From Somniosus microcephalus (Eukaryota), in NCBI GenBank assembly GCA_052327205.1, contig CM126225.1, positions 21,204,001 to 21,268,000 on the forward strand: a stretch of 64,000 nt of DNA, given 5' to 3'. This document shows positions 27,065 through 41,958 of the stretch, one piece after another (within the stretch, counting starts at the first letter, position 1; each line of letters opens with the position of its first letter). The position numbers and the translations under genes are program-made. The notes under the pieces were generated by a model. That model ran no database searches. It was not told the DNA's origin and worked only from the letters and a program-made list of their open reading frames with translations.

Positions 27065-29859
27065 CTACAATATATTAAATGTACAGATGAGACCTAATGG
27101 CGATCGGTAAAACCCTGTGGGAGCAAACTTTACAACAGATTTTCTGCCTTTAACCATAGATGCAAAGACTAGATCAGGTTTAACTCAGTCACAGAGGATT
27201 TAGCCCTGTCAAAAGGGTTTGTTAGGAACATTTTAGCTGCATCAATAAGAATTTCTAGATCCTTTTGTACTTAAAAAAAAAAGTTGTCAATTTATTTTCT
27301 CAAGTATATGGCCAACCATAAGTAACCCTAGACCAACATCATCTACTCAAAAGCAGCACAAACTACAGACCTATTGCTATTGTCACCAATACTATAGAAC
27401 ACACTCCCCTCCAGCACAATGTGGAAAATACAGTGGAGCTGCCCAGCACTTTGAAAGTACCAGAAGCACAAGCGTTAGCCGGCAACATTCATGCAGAGGA
27501 AGTGGAACATTAAAGGGTATTCATTTTAACTGATGTTCACCAATACATTTCCAGCTGGTAACCTTTCAGTTATTACTAATTTTTTAAACCAGAAAACTGG
27601 CAAACTTGCCAAATCGTACAAGTTATCAAAAATCTCCAAACTGAGGAGTGAAATCTTTCAGACACAAGGAACAACAGCGTGCATTCATATAGCGCCTTTA
27701 ATGTAGCAAAATGTCCCAAGGCGTTTGGGACGTTTTACTACTTGGGAATGGTTTGCAAATGCAAGTTATTGCTGATCTGGTGAAAGGATCAAGATAAAAA
27801 AAACAGTTCCAGCAATATACAACAGAGCATCAATATGTTGTGCCAGAAAGAGATAGGACAAGGATCGTCCACGTCAAAAAAAAACTCCAATCTCCTCCAC
27901 AATACCAAGGGGAGGTATTCAGCGGAGGCCAGGCACTTGCCCATGGAAAGGAAGTTTTATAAAGATCAATGAAAAAACAGAACTGTTGCCCTTTGTTCCT
28001 TATGACTGATCATTGCTAAAGCAAATACATTTGATGGTCCCAGCGTTTGATAGATCGGTCACAGAATTTTCTTGCCAGAGAAACTGGACCCTAACTCCCG
28101 CAAAATTCTAGGAGGTTCATTATAAATCTATTACGACGCTGAATTAAACAGCTAATTTCACTTAACAACATCATATTGTTAAAGGGCTGTAAATGAACCT
28201 TATTGGACTGGAAGTGATTGTTTTCCTGGCCCACTGCGGTGCACACACAGCAACTGGCCGAGAAACCAAAAGTCACTGATATTTGAACAGAAGAAATGTG
28301 CAAAACTCAGGGTAACAAGACTCCCTTTACTATAGCATTCTAGCAAGAAGCTTGTAATTTAGCCTTGAAACCGCATTTAATTTCTGGCTTGGCAATAGCC
28401 TATTTTGTAGCACATTTAGCAGAGGAGTGCTGCAAGTAGCTTTTGGCTCCCTATCCTCATCAAACGAGTTTATTCAGCTCTAATAAACATAACACATTGT
28501 AAAGTGTGTAAATAAAAGTAATTTGATGGTTTTAATCTTCAAGGAACTCCTGTCTTGAGGTGCCCTAGCAGCCAAAGGGTAGTGTGTTAGAATAATAAGA
28601 TTTTCAAAGTGCTCTGTTCTGGAGATTCCTTCCAGTTAAGCTTGGTTACCAATCAACATTTGATATTTACTTTCAAACCTTTTGAATAAAATGGGTGAAA
28701 AGCTAGACATGCCTGTGTGGCAAGAACTGAACATTTCCATAAACATCAGGCACACAGTGGGACTGTACACCAAGTACTTGGATGTTATACAGATCAGTTG
28801 CCAGCCAGCACTTTCCGCACCAGCTGGATTTTTCCTGAAATGAGTAAGCTGCTTCCTATCGTGAGTAACCAATTACAGATTAGAAACATCAGTAAAAGCA
28901 AGTAACACCGTTTAAAATTGAAATTCTATCATCTGGATGGGGCAGGGAGTTGGAAGTGGAGGGAAGGGCAGAGGAATGAGCATTTTGAGTGAACCTTCTC
29001 TGAACACGGTTCCAAGGCACTAAAACTCACTGTTCAAAACAATAAGTACCTCGGTGACTACTTGCACTTCTGAAAGATTTTAAGTATGAATCGAGGAGGA
29101 TATTCATTTTCAAAAATCTTGTACTGCAATTTTTCTAGATCACATTTTCCCCTTCGCAAAGGATTTAAAATGGGCCAGATAATAATGATCTTCACTTCAA
29201 GGCAGTGAACATAAACACATTGCCACACAGTGCCGGAAATCCAGAACTACAAGACACAACACAAGAGTTTTTAATTCAACTGGATACCCAGTTTTTAAAA
29301 AAATCGCACCAGAAATTAAATCATGAAGTCTGGACAGAATACTACATTTTGAATAGAGTTCCAGCTGGCCTGGTTAGCACAGTACTGGAGCAATGTAGTT
29401 CATTAGACATTAAATAAAATGCTTTCAATGGATATAAGAATGATGCTTAAAAAAAAATGGTGTTACCCAAACCAAGCTCCCTCATAGATGGACACCCTGA
29501 GTCTACAGCTGGAAGAATCCTCCAACCTATTTGGAGTGTTCTACAATTTTTGACAATGTTTTTGCAATTGCTTGTGGGAGCGAGGCCTCATGCTGTAGCA
29601 TTTAAATTCCCTGTTGCCGAACTCAAACATAAACTTATGCTCAATACATTTTTGGGGGGCGCGTCTGATACAAATGAACAGGGTTACAGCTGGCAGCCGG
29701 TGGCGTTCGCACACTGCCTCTCTACAAAAGCAGAATCCATGAGCAAACCCCATCTGCACCCGGGACTTCAGCCTCACGTTTCACTCGGAGAAGCAAATCC
29801 AAACACCAATACAGCAATTTTGGCGAGGGAGAAAGGAAAACAAAATATAAGGAAAAATT

Positions 29860-30252
29860 TCTTCTTCTTAGTCAGTCCCTCGGAACCGAGGATGACTTGC
29901 TTCCATATTAAAAATGAGTTTGCAGGTGACTGATGAGTCCAATGCGGGACCTACAGTCTCTGTCACAGGTGGGGCAGACGGTGGGTGGGGTGCTTGGGTT
30001 GACGTGCGCTCCTTGCGCTTGGCTTCCGCTTGCTCCCGGCGCAGAGACTCGAGGTGTTCGGCACCTTCCCGGATGCTTCTCCTCCACTTTGTGCGGTCTT
30101 GGGCCAGGGATTCCCAGGTGTCAGTGGGGATGTTACACTTTTTCAAGGAGGCTTTGAGGGTGTCCTTGAAGCGTTTCCTCTGCCCACCTGGAGCTCTCTT
30201 GCCGTGCCGGAGCTCAGAGTAGAACGCTTGTTTTGGAAGTCTCGTATCGGGC
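29860..30252 (-). mobile_element. RTE LINE 3' fragment
   Basis: PDTRLPKQAFYSELRHGKRAPGGQRKRFKDTLKASLK; (GAA)n tail. Confidence 0.9.
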
Positions 30253-30302
30253 AAGGAAACATTTAACCACTAGCTCATCAATTATAAATCTATTAAATTA
30301 AT

Positions 30303-30907
30303 GGGCCGGATTTTGCGACCCCTACGGGTGTGTACGCACCCGTAGGGGCCGTGCAAGTGCCGGTTTCAGGCTCGCGAAGGGCATGCGCTGAAAACTGGCA
30401 CTTGCGATCCGTCAAGAATTCTCTTGACAGATCATCCGCCTGCCCTGGAGATGGGCCTCTGCGGGTAAAAGGCCTGCTTTTACCAGCTTAAGAGTTTTAA
30501 AAAATAGAAAAATGAAATGTGATAACTCATTTATAAATTAAAAGTATACTCTTCAAAAAAGGTAAGTTTATTTTAAATATGCAATGTTTTTAAAAAAAAT
30601 GTATTTAATGTGTTGGTGCATTTTTTAGGTGATCCCCACTCATACTTTTGACAGTTCTGTATGTACAGAACTGTCAAAAGGTTGAATGGGGATTCCCTTC
30701 TTCCATTAGTTGGGCCAGCCCACGTGACCCCAGGAGCGCCTACGAACTGCTTGCGCCCCTTGGATGCGTGGGGCTCTGCCCGCGCAGACCCGGAGAGGCC
30801 CAGGAGCGCAAGCCGCCATTCTTCCCAAGCCACCAGGTAAATTCGTAGACATTGTGCAGGTGGGAGGCATCCGGCCGCAGGAAGCCTCCGATCGCAAATG
30901 TCGGCCC
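30303..30907. mobile_element. PIF/Harbinger-like MITE, 3-bp TSD AAT
   Basis: TIR GGGCCGGATTTTGCGA / TCGCAAATGTCGGCCC; AAT on both sides; internal hairpins. Confidence 0.75.
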
Positions 30908-31921
30908 AATGTAACTGGAAGGTTTTGGAACAGCAACATGGAACATAGAGGTTCAATTCAACAGGGTACCAAACGTTCAATAAAAGTAGGATATATGTTA
31001 TGCTCTTCTCACATGCCACCACCCAAATTAAGTAATCGACAGAATGCACTTTCCATTTGTCATACAATTAAAAATATATGCAAAGTTACAAGGGCCCCAT
31101 TTTAACACAACCATGTGTGGTAATAGGAATAGGTTTGAACAAACAGGTTATTTAAAAATGTTATGTGTTCATTAAACTTGCATGAAACCAGTTTGGTTTT
31201 TTTTGGGAGGGAGTGGACAGTTAAGTACACAAGAGAGCAAAAACTAAGGAATGCAAGTAAAGTCAAGGATGAGAAAAGGCCTTTCAGTCCACCGAGGCCC
31301 ACCCCTCTACTACCTTAACTCACATTAAAACATTTAGCTTCATTTTGAATTTCCTTAAAACTTTTGCCTCTGCTACCCAACTTAGCAGAATTCAAACATT
31401 TACCACTCGGAGTAAAGTAGTTCTTCAAATTAACTAAAGCTATTTCTCGCCAATTTAAACCCTTTGGCCCTACTTTCATGGCTTAATTTGATGTTCTATT
31501 CTGGGTTTATCCTATCAATGCCATTCATTATTCTGTATACTACAATGAGACCCCATTTAACCATCTTCTTTCTCGAATCCCACCATGATGTTTTTAAACA
31601 AATCAAGTGCTCAAGAAGCAACTCAACAATTGGTTCAACTTAAGTGACGTCTAAATCGAATAACTCACGTTTGCACTTACGGAAATTAGGGCACAATTAT
31701 AAGTACTGCTTTGACACCTATAACAATAAAGTGCGGAGGGGTTGGCAAGCTCTTGTGCTGTTGACTGCATGTTATTTGCCAGCCACCTGGCAGCTATAAT
31801 GAAGAGGCCTGCTGAAACATAGCATATTAGAAAAAAACTAATTTTGACCTAGAAAATTTAAGATTCATCTACCATAAATACATGCAGACAGCAAAGACCA
31901 GCACTTTCTTGGTTCTTGTCA

Positions 31922-32305
<384 letters not shown>

Positions 32306-32936
32306 TTAAACACTTAAGTTATAACCAACAGCTCAAGCAAAACACAGCCGATTCTTGGGTGACAGCAAACATGAAGGGGTAAATTTGCCAAGCAACACAA
32401 GACACCATCAAGTTTCCAAAATCAAGAGATTAAAATCGAAGGGGAAATATCAGTTAGCAATTGTAGGAACCACTCCTCCCCCACAACGGTAAAAATTGGA
32501 CTATGAAATATAAAAACCCAGAACTGCAGAGCCCACAGAAAGGGCTCGGCAATAAAGGGTTAATTCAAACATTGCAGCCGAAACTACGACTGGATCACAG
32601 ACAATCTAAAATCTGAACAAGAACATTCGCATATTCATGTACCTTAAGGGTTACATTGTTCACCTTGGACCATGGGATCAGTGCAGGCCTAAGACAATGG
32701 GCCGGGCCTTGAACCATTTGAATACGAATGCTAACAGAAATCAACAACTTTGCATATGCAGTCACTTTGGGAAGGTTTCATTGTCAGAAAGGTATCTCTA
32801 ATCAATGGACAAAACGAGGAACAATTCACACCTGTGCCGTGTGTATTTTGTTCTTATAAATCCTGACGTCCAAGAACTGTGTGCAACGGGGGACCGGTAT
32901 TGGAGAAAGCCCCTTACACAATCAATCTGCTTACAT

Positions 32937-33263
32937 TACAGGAAACTTTCGATTTACCGGCACTTAAATAACCGGAAATCTCGGTTAACCAGCAAAATTC
33001 AGGAGTAGGTTTTACTTCATATTGTATTTGCCTTCTTCCATCTGTGCTGTGCAAGGGTGTGGCTGCAGCTGTTGCTAAGCTACAGAGACGCTTGAAACTT
33101 GAGGCCATTGTTCTACAGTTGTTGCTAAGCAACAGGGTTTGTTGCTTTATACGGAGCCGTCAGCTCTCCCTATCTTTTACTATAGCATTCGGTTATCCGG
33201 AATTTTTGATGAACCGGCACCACGGTGGTCCCGTCCGTGCTGGATAAAAAAAAGTTTCCTGTA
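32937..33263. mobile_element. Tigger-like MITE copy 2, TA TSD
   Basis: Same TIRs and internal sequence as copy 1, same orientation. Confidence 0.85.
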
Positions 33264-34605
33264 AATGGTGACAGAAAAATAATTCCAGACAGCTGGCCTC
33301 AAACTTGAATCTCCCTCACGCCATCACTACAGATAAATAACTCAGCCATTTCACAAGAACGGCCGAGTGGAAATGGAAAGTCACGTTGATGCAGTAGGGG
33401 ATCATTCAGGTCGAGTTGCAGAGAGGTTGGGTACACCGCAGATTGGATGACCTTCACTTTGATGACCAGAAACGTTTTGATATCAAAGATAACATTTCAA
33501 TAGAGTTGCACAACACTATAAAACAGTATGATGTTAGCAGCAAGCCAAGTTTTGGCAAATAAATTGAGTTCACATCTCCCAAGAAATGCCAGACTTTCAA
33601 AACAGGTTTAAATCCAGGGCATTTTGTTTTCACAGAGCAATACACACACCCATAAGCACATCATCTTGATAGCCAAGAACTTACATAAAACTAAGAACTT
33701 AAAAAAAAAACAGCCCAATGTGCACTCCCCGCCACAAATCATCTGTATTTTCCCTCAGCTGGGATTTGACTCGAACCCAAAACATTCAATTTCCAACCAC
33801 ATTTATACCCAAAATAATAAAGCTCTATAAAAGTATCTCCCAACTCCTGAAAGTAATCAAGCAAAACTCACAACTCGCACGATTCAACTCTGACAACTGC
33901 ATTCAGTAAGCAACCACTGAGCTTCAGATAGATGTTTGGAAATTTATATCTATTCTCTAAAAAAAAAGTCACACTGGTTTACATATCGGTATTTTTGCAC
34001 ATTTTGTATATAAAGAATTTGCAGGAGCACAAACAGATATAATAATTATAGCAGTGGTATGGCAGCATTTCAAACTCATCTTCAATCTAGTTCTTAGAAC
34101 AGGTATTTATCCAGTTGAATAACATGTTATTAACCATTTTTGTTGGGATTCTACTCTGTGGTAGTGGAATTCTTAGCCTCAATTGAAGCATACTAATTTA
34201 AAACTCATGCTCTGTCCGACGTTAGCTTAAATCTGCTTTCACCTACATATCCATTGCTTTCAGCATTATTTAAAACCCAGATCATGTCCCTCATTCTTTT
34301 CTCCAATGAAAATAAATGAAGTTTTGTAAATCTTCATAACCTAGAGCCTCTAGTCTTTGAACCCCCGACAATGCGCCAATCTCCCTTTGAAGGCAGGGTG
34401 CCTAAAATATTCTAAATACTGCTTCCAATGAGTTATACAGAATTAAAAATAACCCGTTTTTAACATGTAGTACATGCCTCGAGGTATATTCTGGTACTCG
34501 ATTACCTCCATTGTCAATACAGAACAAAAATTTTACATCAAATGATCATCACGTTCAAATGCACTTGACACTTAGTGAGTACTGAATATACACTCATAAA
34601 ATCAA

Positions 34606-35011
<406 letters not shown>

Positions 35012-35699
35012 CTACAAAAGAAAAACAAACAAGATTAAGGTCAGTGTATTTTTTTATAAAAAGGAGAAAAAGGTTAACAATCCTTACATGTTAATATACA
35101 AATAAAGATGTGAAAAAATTAACTACTTAGGAAATAAAAACAAACTCTTGAATTTTCTCAGGAGCTTCTCTGAGCTCTCAAGGATTTATCAATCCTGCTA
35201 TGAACTATCAGAAGGTGCACAGTGGCCCAGAGGCAGCTTTCCTTCATCCTGTAGTGAAGCTTCTACCTTATACCTCCACATAGTGGCTCATCTAGGATTT
35301 AGGAACTCACCAGGCAGGAGGAGGAGCAAGAGTAAATCTAAATCTACACCATGGCACTGCACCTCACCACTGGTATTCTTAACAATGCCTACTCATTTGT
35401 ACATCAAACCAAGTATGGCATAACTGGCTTTTCTCTTGTCCGTCCCATTTTGTGATAACTGGGTTTCTTCGCACTTCCCAACCAATAGATTTCAAAATCC
35501 AGAGCCCCTCCTTCCAAAGTCTCCACCAATGTGGCCCTGTAACTAGATGCTAGGAGGTACAGACCTCAAGCTGAGGACAAACAAAAACTTTCTCCAATGT
35601 AACCTCTGCAAGATGAAAGCCAATTTGTTCAGCTCCTACCAAAACATCTGCCCACATCCCACCCCGCCCCAGATCCCATCCCCTCATTCAGACTGAACC

Positions 35700-36390
35700 C
35701 AGTGGTTTTCAACTTCAGTGTCCTGAGCCGAGCTTAAACCCCACATCCAAGCCACCACCAAGACTGCTTCTTTTCATCTCCACAACAGTATGTCCTCTCC
35801 CTCAGCTTATTCCAATGCTGCCGAAATCCTCATCCACATCTTCATCACCTCCAGGCTCAAATTCTCCAGTGTTCTGTTCGCCAGTCTCCTAAATTCCAAC
35901 TCAAGTAAACTATAATTTGTCCAAAACAGTGCCACCTACATCCTATCCTTCACTGAATACTGCTTCCTTTCACCCCCATTGTGGTCAACCTCTACTTGCT
36001 CTCCATTCTCCAACACTGCAAATTCAATAACCTGGTCTACAAGTCCTTCCATACTTTTGCCCCTCCTACTTCTACAACCTCTTCCAGCCCTTTATGCCAG
36101 TCCATTCTTCTAAACCTTATAGCCTTTGCACCACTCCCCTCCATTTTATCTTTGGCCACACAACCTTTACCTGTCTCGTCTACCCCCATTCTGGAACATT
36201 CTTCCTATACCCCTCTGCTTGGCTGCCACTCTCCGCTCCTTCAAAAGCCTCCACAAAACATACCTTTTGAACCATGATTTGGATCACCACCACCCCTCAA
36301 CTCTTCTCCCATCAGAGTTTAGTGGCTTGTTTCACCTCTGAAGTGCTTCTGGGCAGATTATGTTAAAAGTACTGTAGAAATGCAAGTTGT
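35700..36390 (+). mobile_element. Old L2 LINE 3' fragment
   Basis: Degenerate LIHxFITSRLxxxxxLFAxLL-type C-terminal RT sequence and L2-type tail. Confidence 0.6.
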
Positions 36391-37223
36391 TTTCCGACAG
36401 TGGGATGGAGTAAATAACCCTCCAATTTTAACTTGCTGTTAGTGGTTACAGCACCTGGCAGTGGAGGTCAATAAATGACCATGTGGGGAAACGTCTCAAG
36501 TGCAGGCCGGTATCCTTACACTCCATAAAACACATTCCAGCTCCAACAAGCTGTGCCGCTTAGAGATGGCATACTATTTAAAACACACATCAATTATTAA
36601 TAGGGAAATCATCAATCTTTAATAATTCCCACTCAATTACATACCTTACATACTGTAAGCAGCAACAAAAAACTGAAAGATTGTACATGTTGCATTACTT
36701 GAGGTGGGTTGAGCAAGCAGGCTACACATCAGCACAGAAAAAGATTCCCACAATGAGTTCCTACCCTATTCCAGAAGCTTAAATATTTGATTAAACAGCC
36801 AGCCCTGTAATCCACTACAATAAACAATCCTTCGAGCAGTTAGGATTAAGTGTGGAGTCTCATCTTCCACATCGGTGCCAAGGACATGATGTCCCACTCT
36901 CCAGTACACTCATGCCTCACCACAATGAGTGTTGAAAAAGAAAATACAGTATACAGGAAGCTGATTTGTATCAACCGTTATGTGAAGACCGGCTGCCATC
37001 AGACATTGCTGCAGAAACAGTGGGCAGTGTGGTCAGCAAGGATAGGACACAGACGTGAATCTACCGCAATAGGTATGAGCTTTTTGTAATCTTGATAGAA
37101 AAGCTGTTCTACAACAAAAGCCATTCACGTGATTCAAAGCTTTTGTTATAGAAATTACAGGTAATCTTGGGCAGTCACCATACTGGCCATTATTACACCT
37201 TATGGATTTCATGCCAGATATTC

Positions 37224-37816
37224 CTTTATTTGGGTAAAATTTCTATATTTTTTTTTTAGAACAACGGGCTGTGTATAACAGTATATGTTGAAGACACACC
37301 TGTTGCAGCTTTTGTGTTTTTTTAAACTGCAAAAAATGTATTAAACTGAGGGAGAGAGAGCAGGGCAAGCAACACTGAATAGGGAATTGCTAATGAATTA
37401 ACCCATACCGATTCAGACACAAATTGCACAACTCCAGGAAAGTCATGGTTAGGTATCAAAATAGGGGAAAAAACATCCATACAACAGATGCAAGTTCACA
37501 TGAGCAGACACATTGGGGTTACAAATTAGAATCTCTATCTCGCAGGTGAATGCAATCAGCAGTGACATGTTCTGTCAGCAAAACAGAGGTTTCAAAATTT
37601 AACTGATGGGTTTTTTTTGGAAAATTGAAGTAATATTAAATAAGGACCCACTTTCTCTCAGACTCTCATCTCTCTCCCTACCCCTGCTCTCTCTCCCTCA
37701 GTTTAATACATTTTTTGCAGTTTAAAAAAACACAAAAGCTGTAACAGGTGTGTCGTCAACATATTGTTATACACAGCCTGTTGTTCTAAAAAAATAGAAA
37801 TTTTACCCAAGTAAAG
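37224..37816. repeat. Long inverted repeat: ~140-bp arms (37224-37365 and 37682-37816), ~316-bp spacer
   Basis: Arms are near-perfect reverse complements. Confidence 0.92.
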
Positions 37817-38216
37817 CTTTGAAAATTTGTCTTTGTTTTTCCCAAAGGTTCCAAGTAGAAAGTGATAGGGGCTAAAGAAAAATATCCCAGCAGTGGAGCT
37901 GACTGAACAGTTCTGCTTTCTAGGTATGCTGCACATGCTCAAACTGTACAATCTAAGGAGGCTGAGGCCTCGAAGTAATGACTTCAATGAAAGCATTAAA
38001 AGAAACAAAAAAGACAATCCAATGCATACATTTAATAATGTTGTGAAACATGTATTTTTGAATTTTTAGTTTAAACCTTTATTTTGGGCATCAGAAACTA
38101 CACATGCTAGACTAACAGGTGCTTAGGAGTTTTCAATCAATCGCAAGCCCCGTGTATCGAATTTAAGAGATCGGTTTTCTGAAATAGAATGTTCACCAGG
38201 AACACTACAGAATTTA

Positions 38217-38453
<237 letters not shown>

Positions 38454-38690
38454 TTACAATTACTTCATGCAAGTTTAATTTTCAGTAAGGTTTAAGTCTT
38501 GGGTTGATACCATCTCATAGATCCACCAAAAAAATACCCCGTTTCACAGAAGAGAAAAAGATGAAATAAATCTCATAACAGATTCAAACAATAAAACAGA
38601 TTCAAGTTAGCTCTCATAATTTCACATAATCTGAGCCAAACGTTTGAGCTAAATTTCCAAAAGGCATTCAATAAGGTGTCAGATTAACAG

Positions 38691-41600
38691 TTTTTTTTTA
38701 TTTGTTCCTGGTATGTGGGTGTCGCTGGCAAGGCCAGCATGTATTGTCCACACCCAATTGCCCTTGAGAAGGTGGCAGTGAGTCGCCTTCTTGAACCGCA
38801 GCAGTCCTTACTCCCACAGTGCTGTTAGGGAGGGAGGTTCCAGGATTTTGACCCAGCGACGATGAAGGAACAGCGATATATTTCCAAGTCAGGATTGTGT
38901 GTAACTTGGAGGGGGACTTGCAGGTGAATGGTGTTCCTATGCGCCTACTGACCATGTCCTTCTAGGTGGAAGAGGTCACAGGTTTGGGAGGTGCTGCCGA
39001 AGAGGCCTTGGCGAGTTGCTGCAGTGCATTTTGTAGATGGTACACACTGCAGCCACGGAGCGCCGGTGGTGCAGAGAGTGAATGTTTAAGGTGGTGGATG
39101 GGGTGCCAATAAAGCGGACTGCTTTGTCCTGGATGGTGTAGAGCTTCTTGTGTTGTTGGAGCTGCACTCATCCAGGCAAGTGGAGAGTATTCTATCACAC
39201 TCCTGACTTGTGCCTTGTAGATGGTGGAAAGGTTTTGGGGAGTCAGGAGGTGAGACACTCGCCACAGAATACCTAGCCTCTGACCTGCTCTTGTTGCCAC
39301 AGTATTTATGTGGCTGGTCCAGTTAAGTTGCTGGTCAATGGTGACCCCCAGGATGTTGATGGTGGGGGATTCCGTGATGGTAATGCCGTTGAATGTCAAG
39401 GGCCGGCGATTAGACTCTCGCTTGTTGGAGATAGTCATTGCCTGGCACTTGTGTGGTGTGAATGTTACTTGCCATTTATCAGCCCAAGCCTGAATGTCAT
39501 CCAGGTCTTGCTGCATTCGGGCATGGACTGCTTCATTATCTCAGGAGTTGCGATTGGAACTCAACACTGTGCAATCATCTGCGAACATCCCCATTTCTGA
39601 CCTTATGATGGAGGGAAGGTCATTGATGAAGCAGCTGAAGATGGTTGAGCCTAGGGCACTGCCCTGAGGGACTCCTGAAGCGATGTGCTGGGGCTGAGAC
39701 GATTGACCTCCAACAACCACTACCATCTTCCTTTGAACGAGGTATGACTCCAGCCAGTGGAAAGTTTTCCCCTGATTCCCATCAATTTTACTAGAGCTCC
39801 TTGATGCCACACTCGGTCAAATGCTGCCTTGATGTCAAGGGCGGTCACCCTCACCTCACCTCGGGAATTCAGCTCTTTCGTCCATGTTTGGACCAAGGTA
39901 ATGAGGTCTGGAGCCGAGTGGTCTTGGCAGAATCCAATCTGAGCATCAGTGAGCAGGTTATTGGTGAGTAAGTGCCACTTGATAGCACTGCCGACAACAC
40001 TTTCCATCACTTTGCTGATGATTGAGAGTAGACGGATGGGGCAGTAATTGGCCAGATTGGATTTGTTCTGCTTTTTGTGGACAGGACATACCTGGGCAGT
40101 TTCCATATTGTCGGGTAGATGCCAGTGTTGTAGCTGTACTGGAACAGTTTGGCTAGAGGCGCGGCTAGTGCTGGAGCACAAGTCTTCAGCATGACAGCCG
40201 GGATGTTGTAAGGGCCCACAGCCTTTGCTGTATCCAGTGCGCTCAGCCGTTTCTTGATATCACGTGGAGTGAATCGAACTGCCTGAAGACTGGCTTCTGT
40301 GATGGTGGGTACCTCAAGAGGAGGCCGATATGGATCATCCACTTGGTACTTCTGGCTGAAGATGGTTGCAAACACTTCAGCCTTGTCTTTTGCACTCGCG
40401 TGATGGGCTCCAGCAGCATTGAGGATGGGAATATTCCTGGAGCCTCCTCGTCCCGTTCGTTGTTTAATTGTCCACCACCATTCACGACTGGATGTGGCAG
40501 GACTGCAGAGCTTTGATCGGATCCGTTGATTGTGGGATCACTTAGCTCTGTCTATAGCATGCTGTTTAGCATGCATGTAATCCTGTGTTGCATCTTCCCC
40601 AGGTTTGCACCTCATTTTTAGGTACGCTTGGTGCTGCTCCTGGCATGCTTTTCTGCACACGTCATTGAACCAGGGTTGGTCGACTGGCTTGATGGTAATG
40701 GTAGAATGAGGGATATGCCGGGCCATAAGTTTACAGATTATGGTGGAATACAATTCTGCTGCTGCTGATGGCCCACAGCGCCTCATGGATGCCCAGTTTT
40801 GAGCTGCTAGATCTGTTCTGAATCTATCCCATTTAGCACGGTGGGTGTGTCACACAACACGATGGAGGGTGTCCTCAGTGTGAAGATGAGATTTTGTCTC
40901 CACAAGGACTGTGCGGTGGTCACTGCTACCAATGCGGTCATGGACAGATGCATCTGCGACAGATAGACTGGTGAGGACGAGGTCAAGTAGGTTTTTCCCC
41001 TCTTGTTGGTTCTCTCATCACCTGCCGTAGTTAGTCTGGCAATTATGTTCTTCAGGACTCGGCCAGCTCGGTCAGTAGCGGTGCTACCGAGCCACTCTTG
41101 GTGCTAGACATTGAAGTCCCCCACCAGAGTACATTCTGTGCCCTTGCTACCCTTAGTGCTTCTTCCAAGTGATGTTCAACATGGAGGAGTACAGATTCAT
41201 CAGCTGAGGGAGGGCGGTAGGTGGTAATCAGCAGGAGGTTTCCTTGCCCATGCTTGACCTGAAGCCACGAGACTTCATGGGGTCCGGAGTCAATGTTGAG
41301 GACTCCCAGGGCCACTCCCTCCTGAATACCACTGTGCCGCCACCTCTGGTGGGTCTGTCCTGCCGGCGGGACAGGACATACCCAGGGATGGTGATGGAGG
41401 AATCTGGGGCATTGGCTGAAAGGTATGATTGTGAGTATGACTATGTCAGGCTGTTGCTTGACTAGTCTGTGGGACAGTTCTCCCAATTTTGGCACAAGTC
41501 CCCAGATGTTAGTGAGGAGGACTTTGCAGTGTCGACTGGGCTGGGTGTGCCTTTGTTGTGTTTGAAGCCGGTGCCGAGGTCGATGCCGGGTGGTCCGTCC

Positions 41601-41958
41601 GGTTTTATTCTTCTTATTGTTTTTTGTAGCAGTTTGTTACAACTGAGTGTCTTGTTGGGCCACTTCAGAGGGCAGTTAAGAGTCCACCACATTGCTGTGG
41701 GTCTGGAGTCACATATCGGCCAGACCGGGTAAAGACGGCAGATTTCCTTCCCTAAAAGAACATTAGTGAACCAGATGGGGTTTCTACGACAATCCGATAG
41801 TTTCATGGTCACCGATAGTAGCTTTTTGTTCCAGGTTTATTTAATTAACTGCATTTAAATTTCCCAGCTGCCATGGTGGGATTTGAACTCGCGTCTCTGG
41901 ATCATTAGTCCAGGCCTCTGGATTACTAGCCCAGTGACATAACCACTATGCTACCGTT
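38691..41958 (-). mobile_element. ~3.27 kb CR1-group LINE with tRNA-derived 5' head, APE endonuclease plus RT (frameshifted), no ORF1, poly(A) tail
   Basis: KVLLTNIWGL..PDIVILT (APE); ALDIKAAFDRVWH, GVPQGS, FADD (RT); A box 41943-41953 and B box 41879-41890; splits a CR1 host. Confidence 0.88.

Noticed and set aside
41870-41958. Genuine tRNA gene (also considered at 52730 and 57015)
   Set aside because: A/B boxes are present, but there is no complete cloverleaf or terminator and each is followed by a retroposon body.
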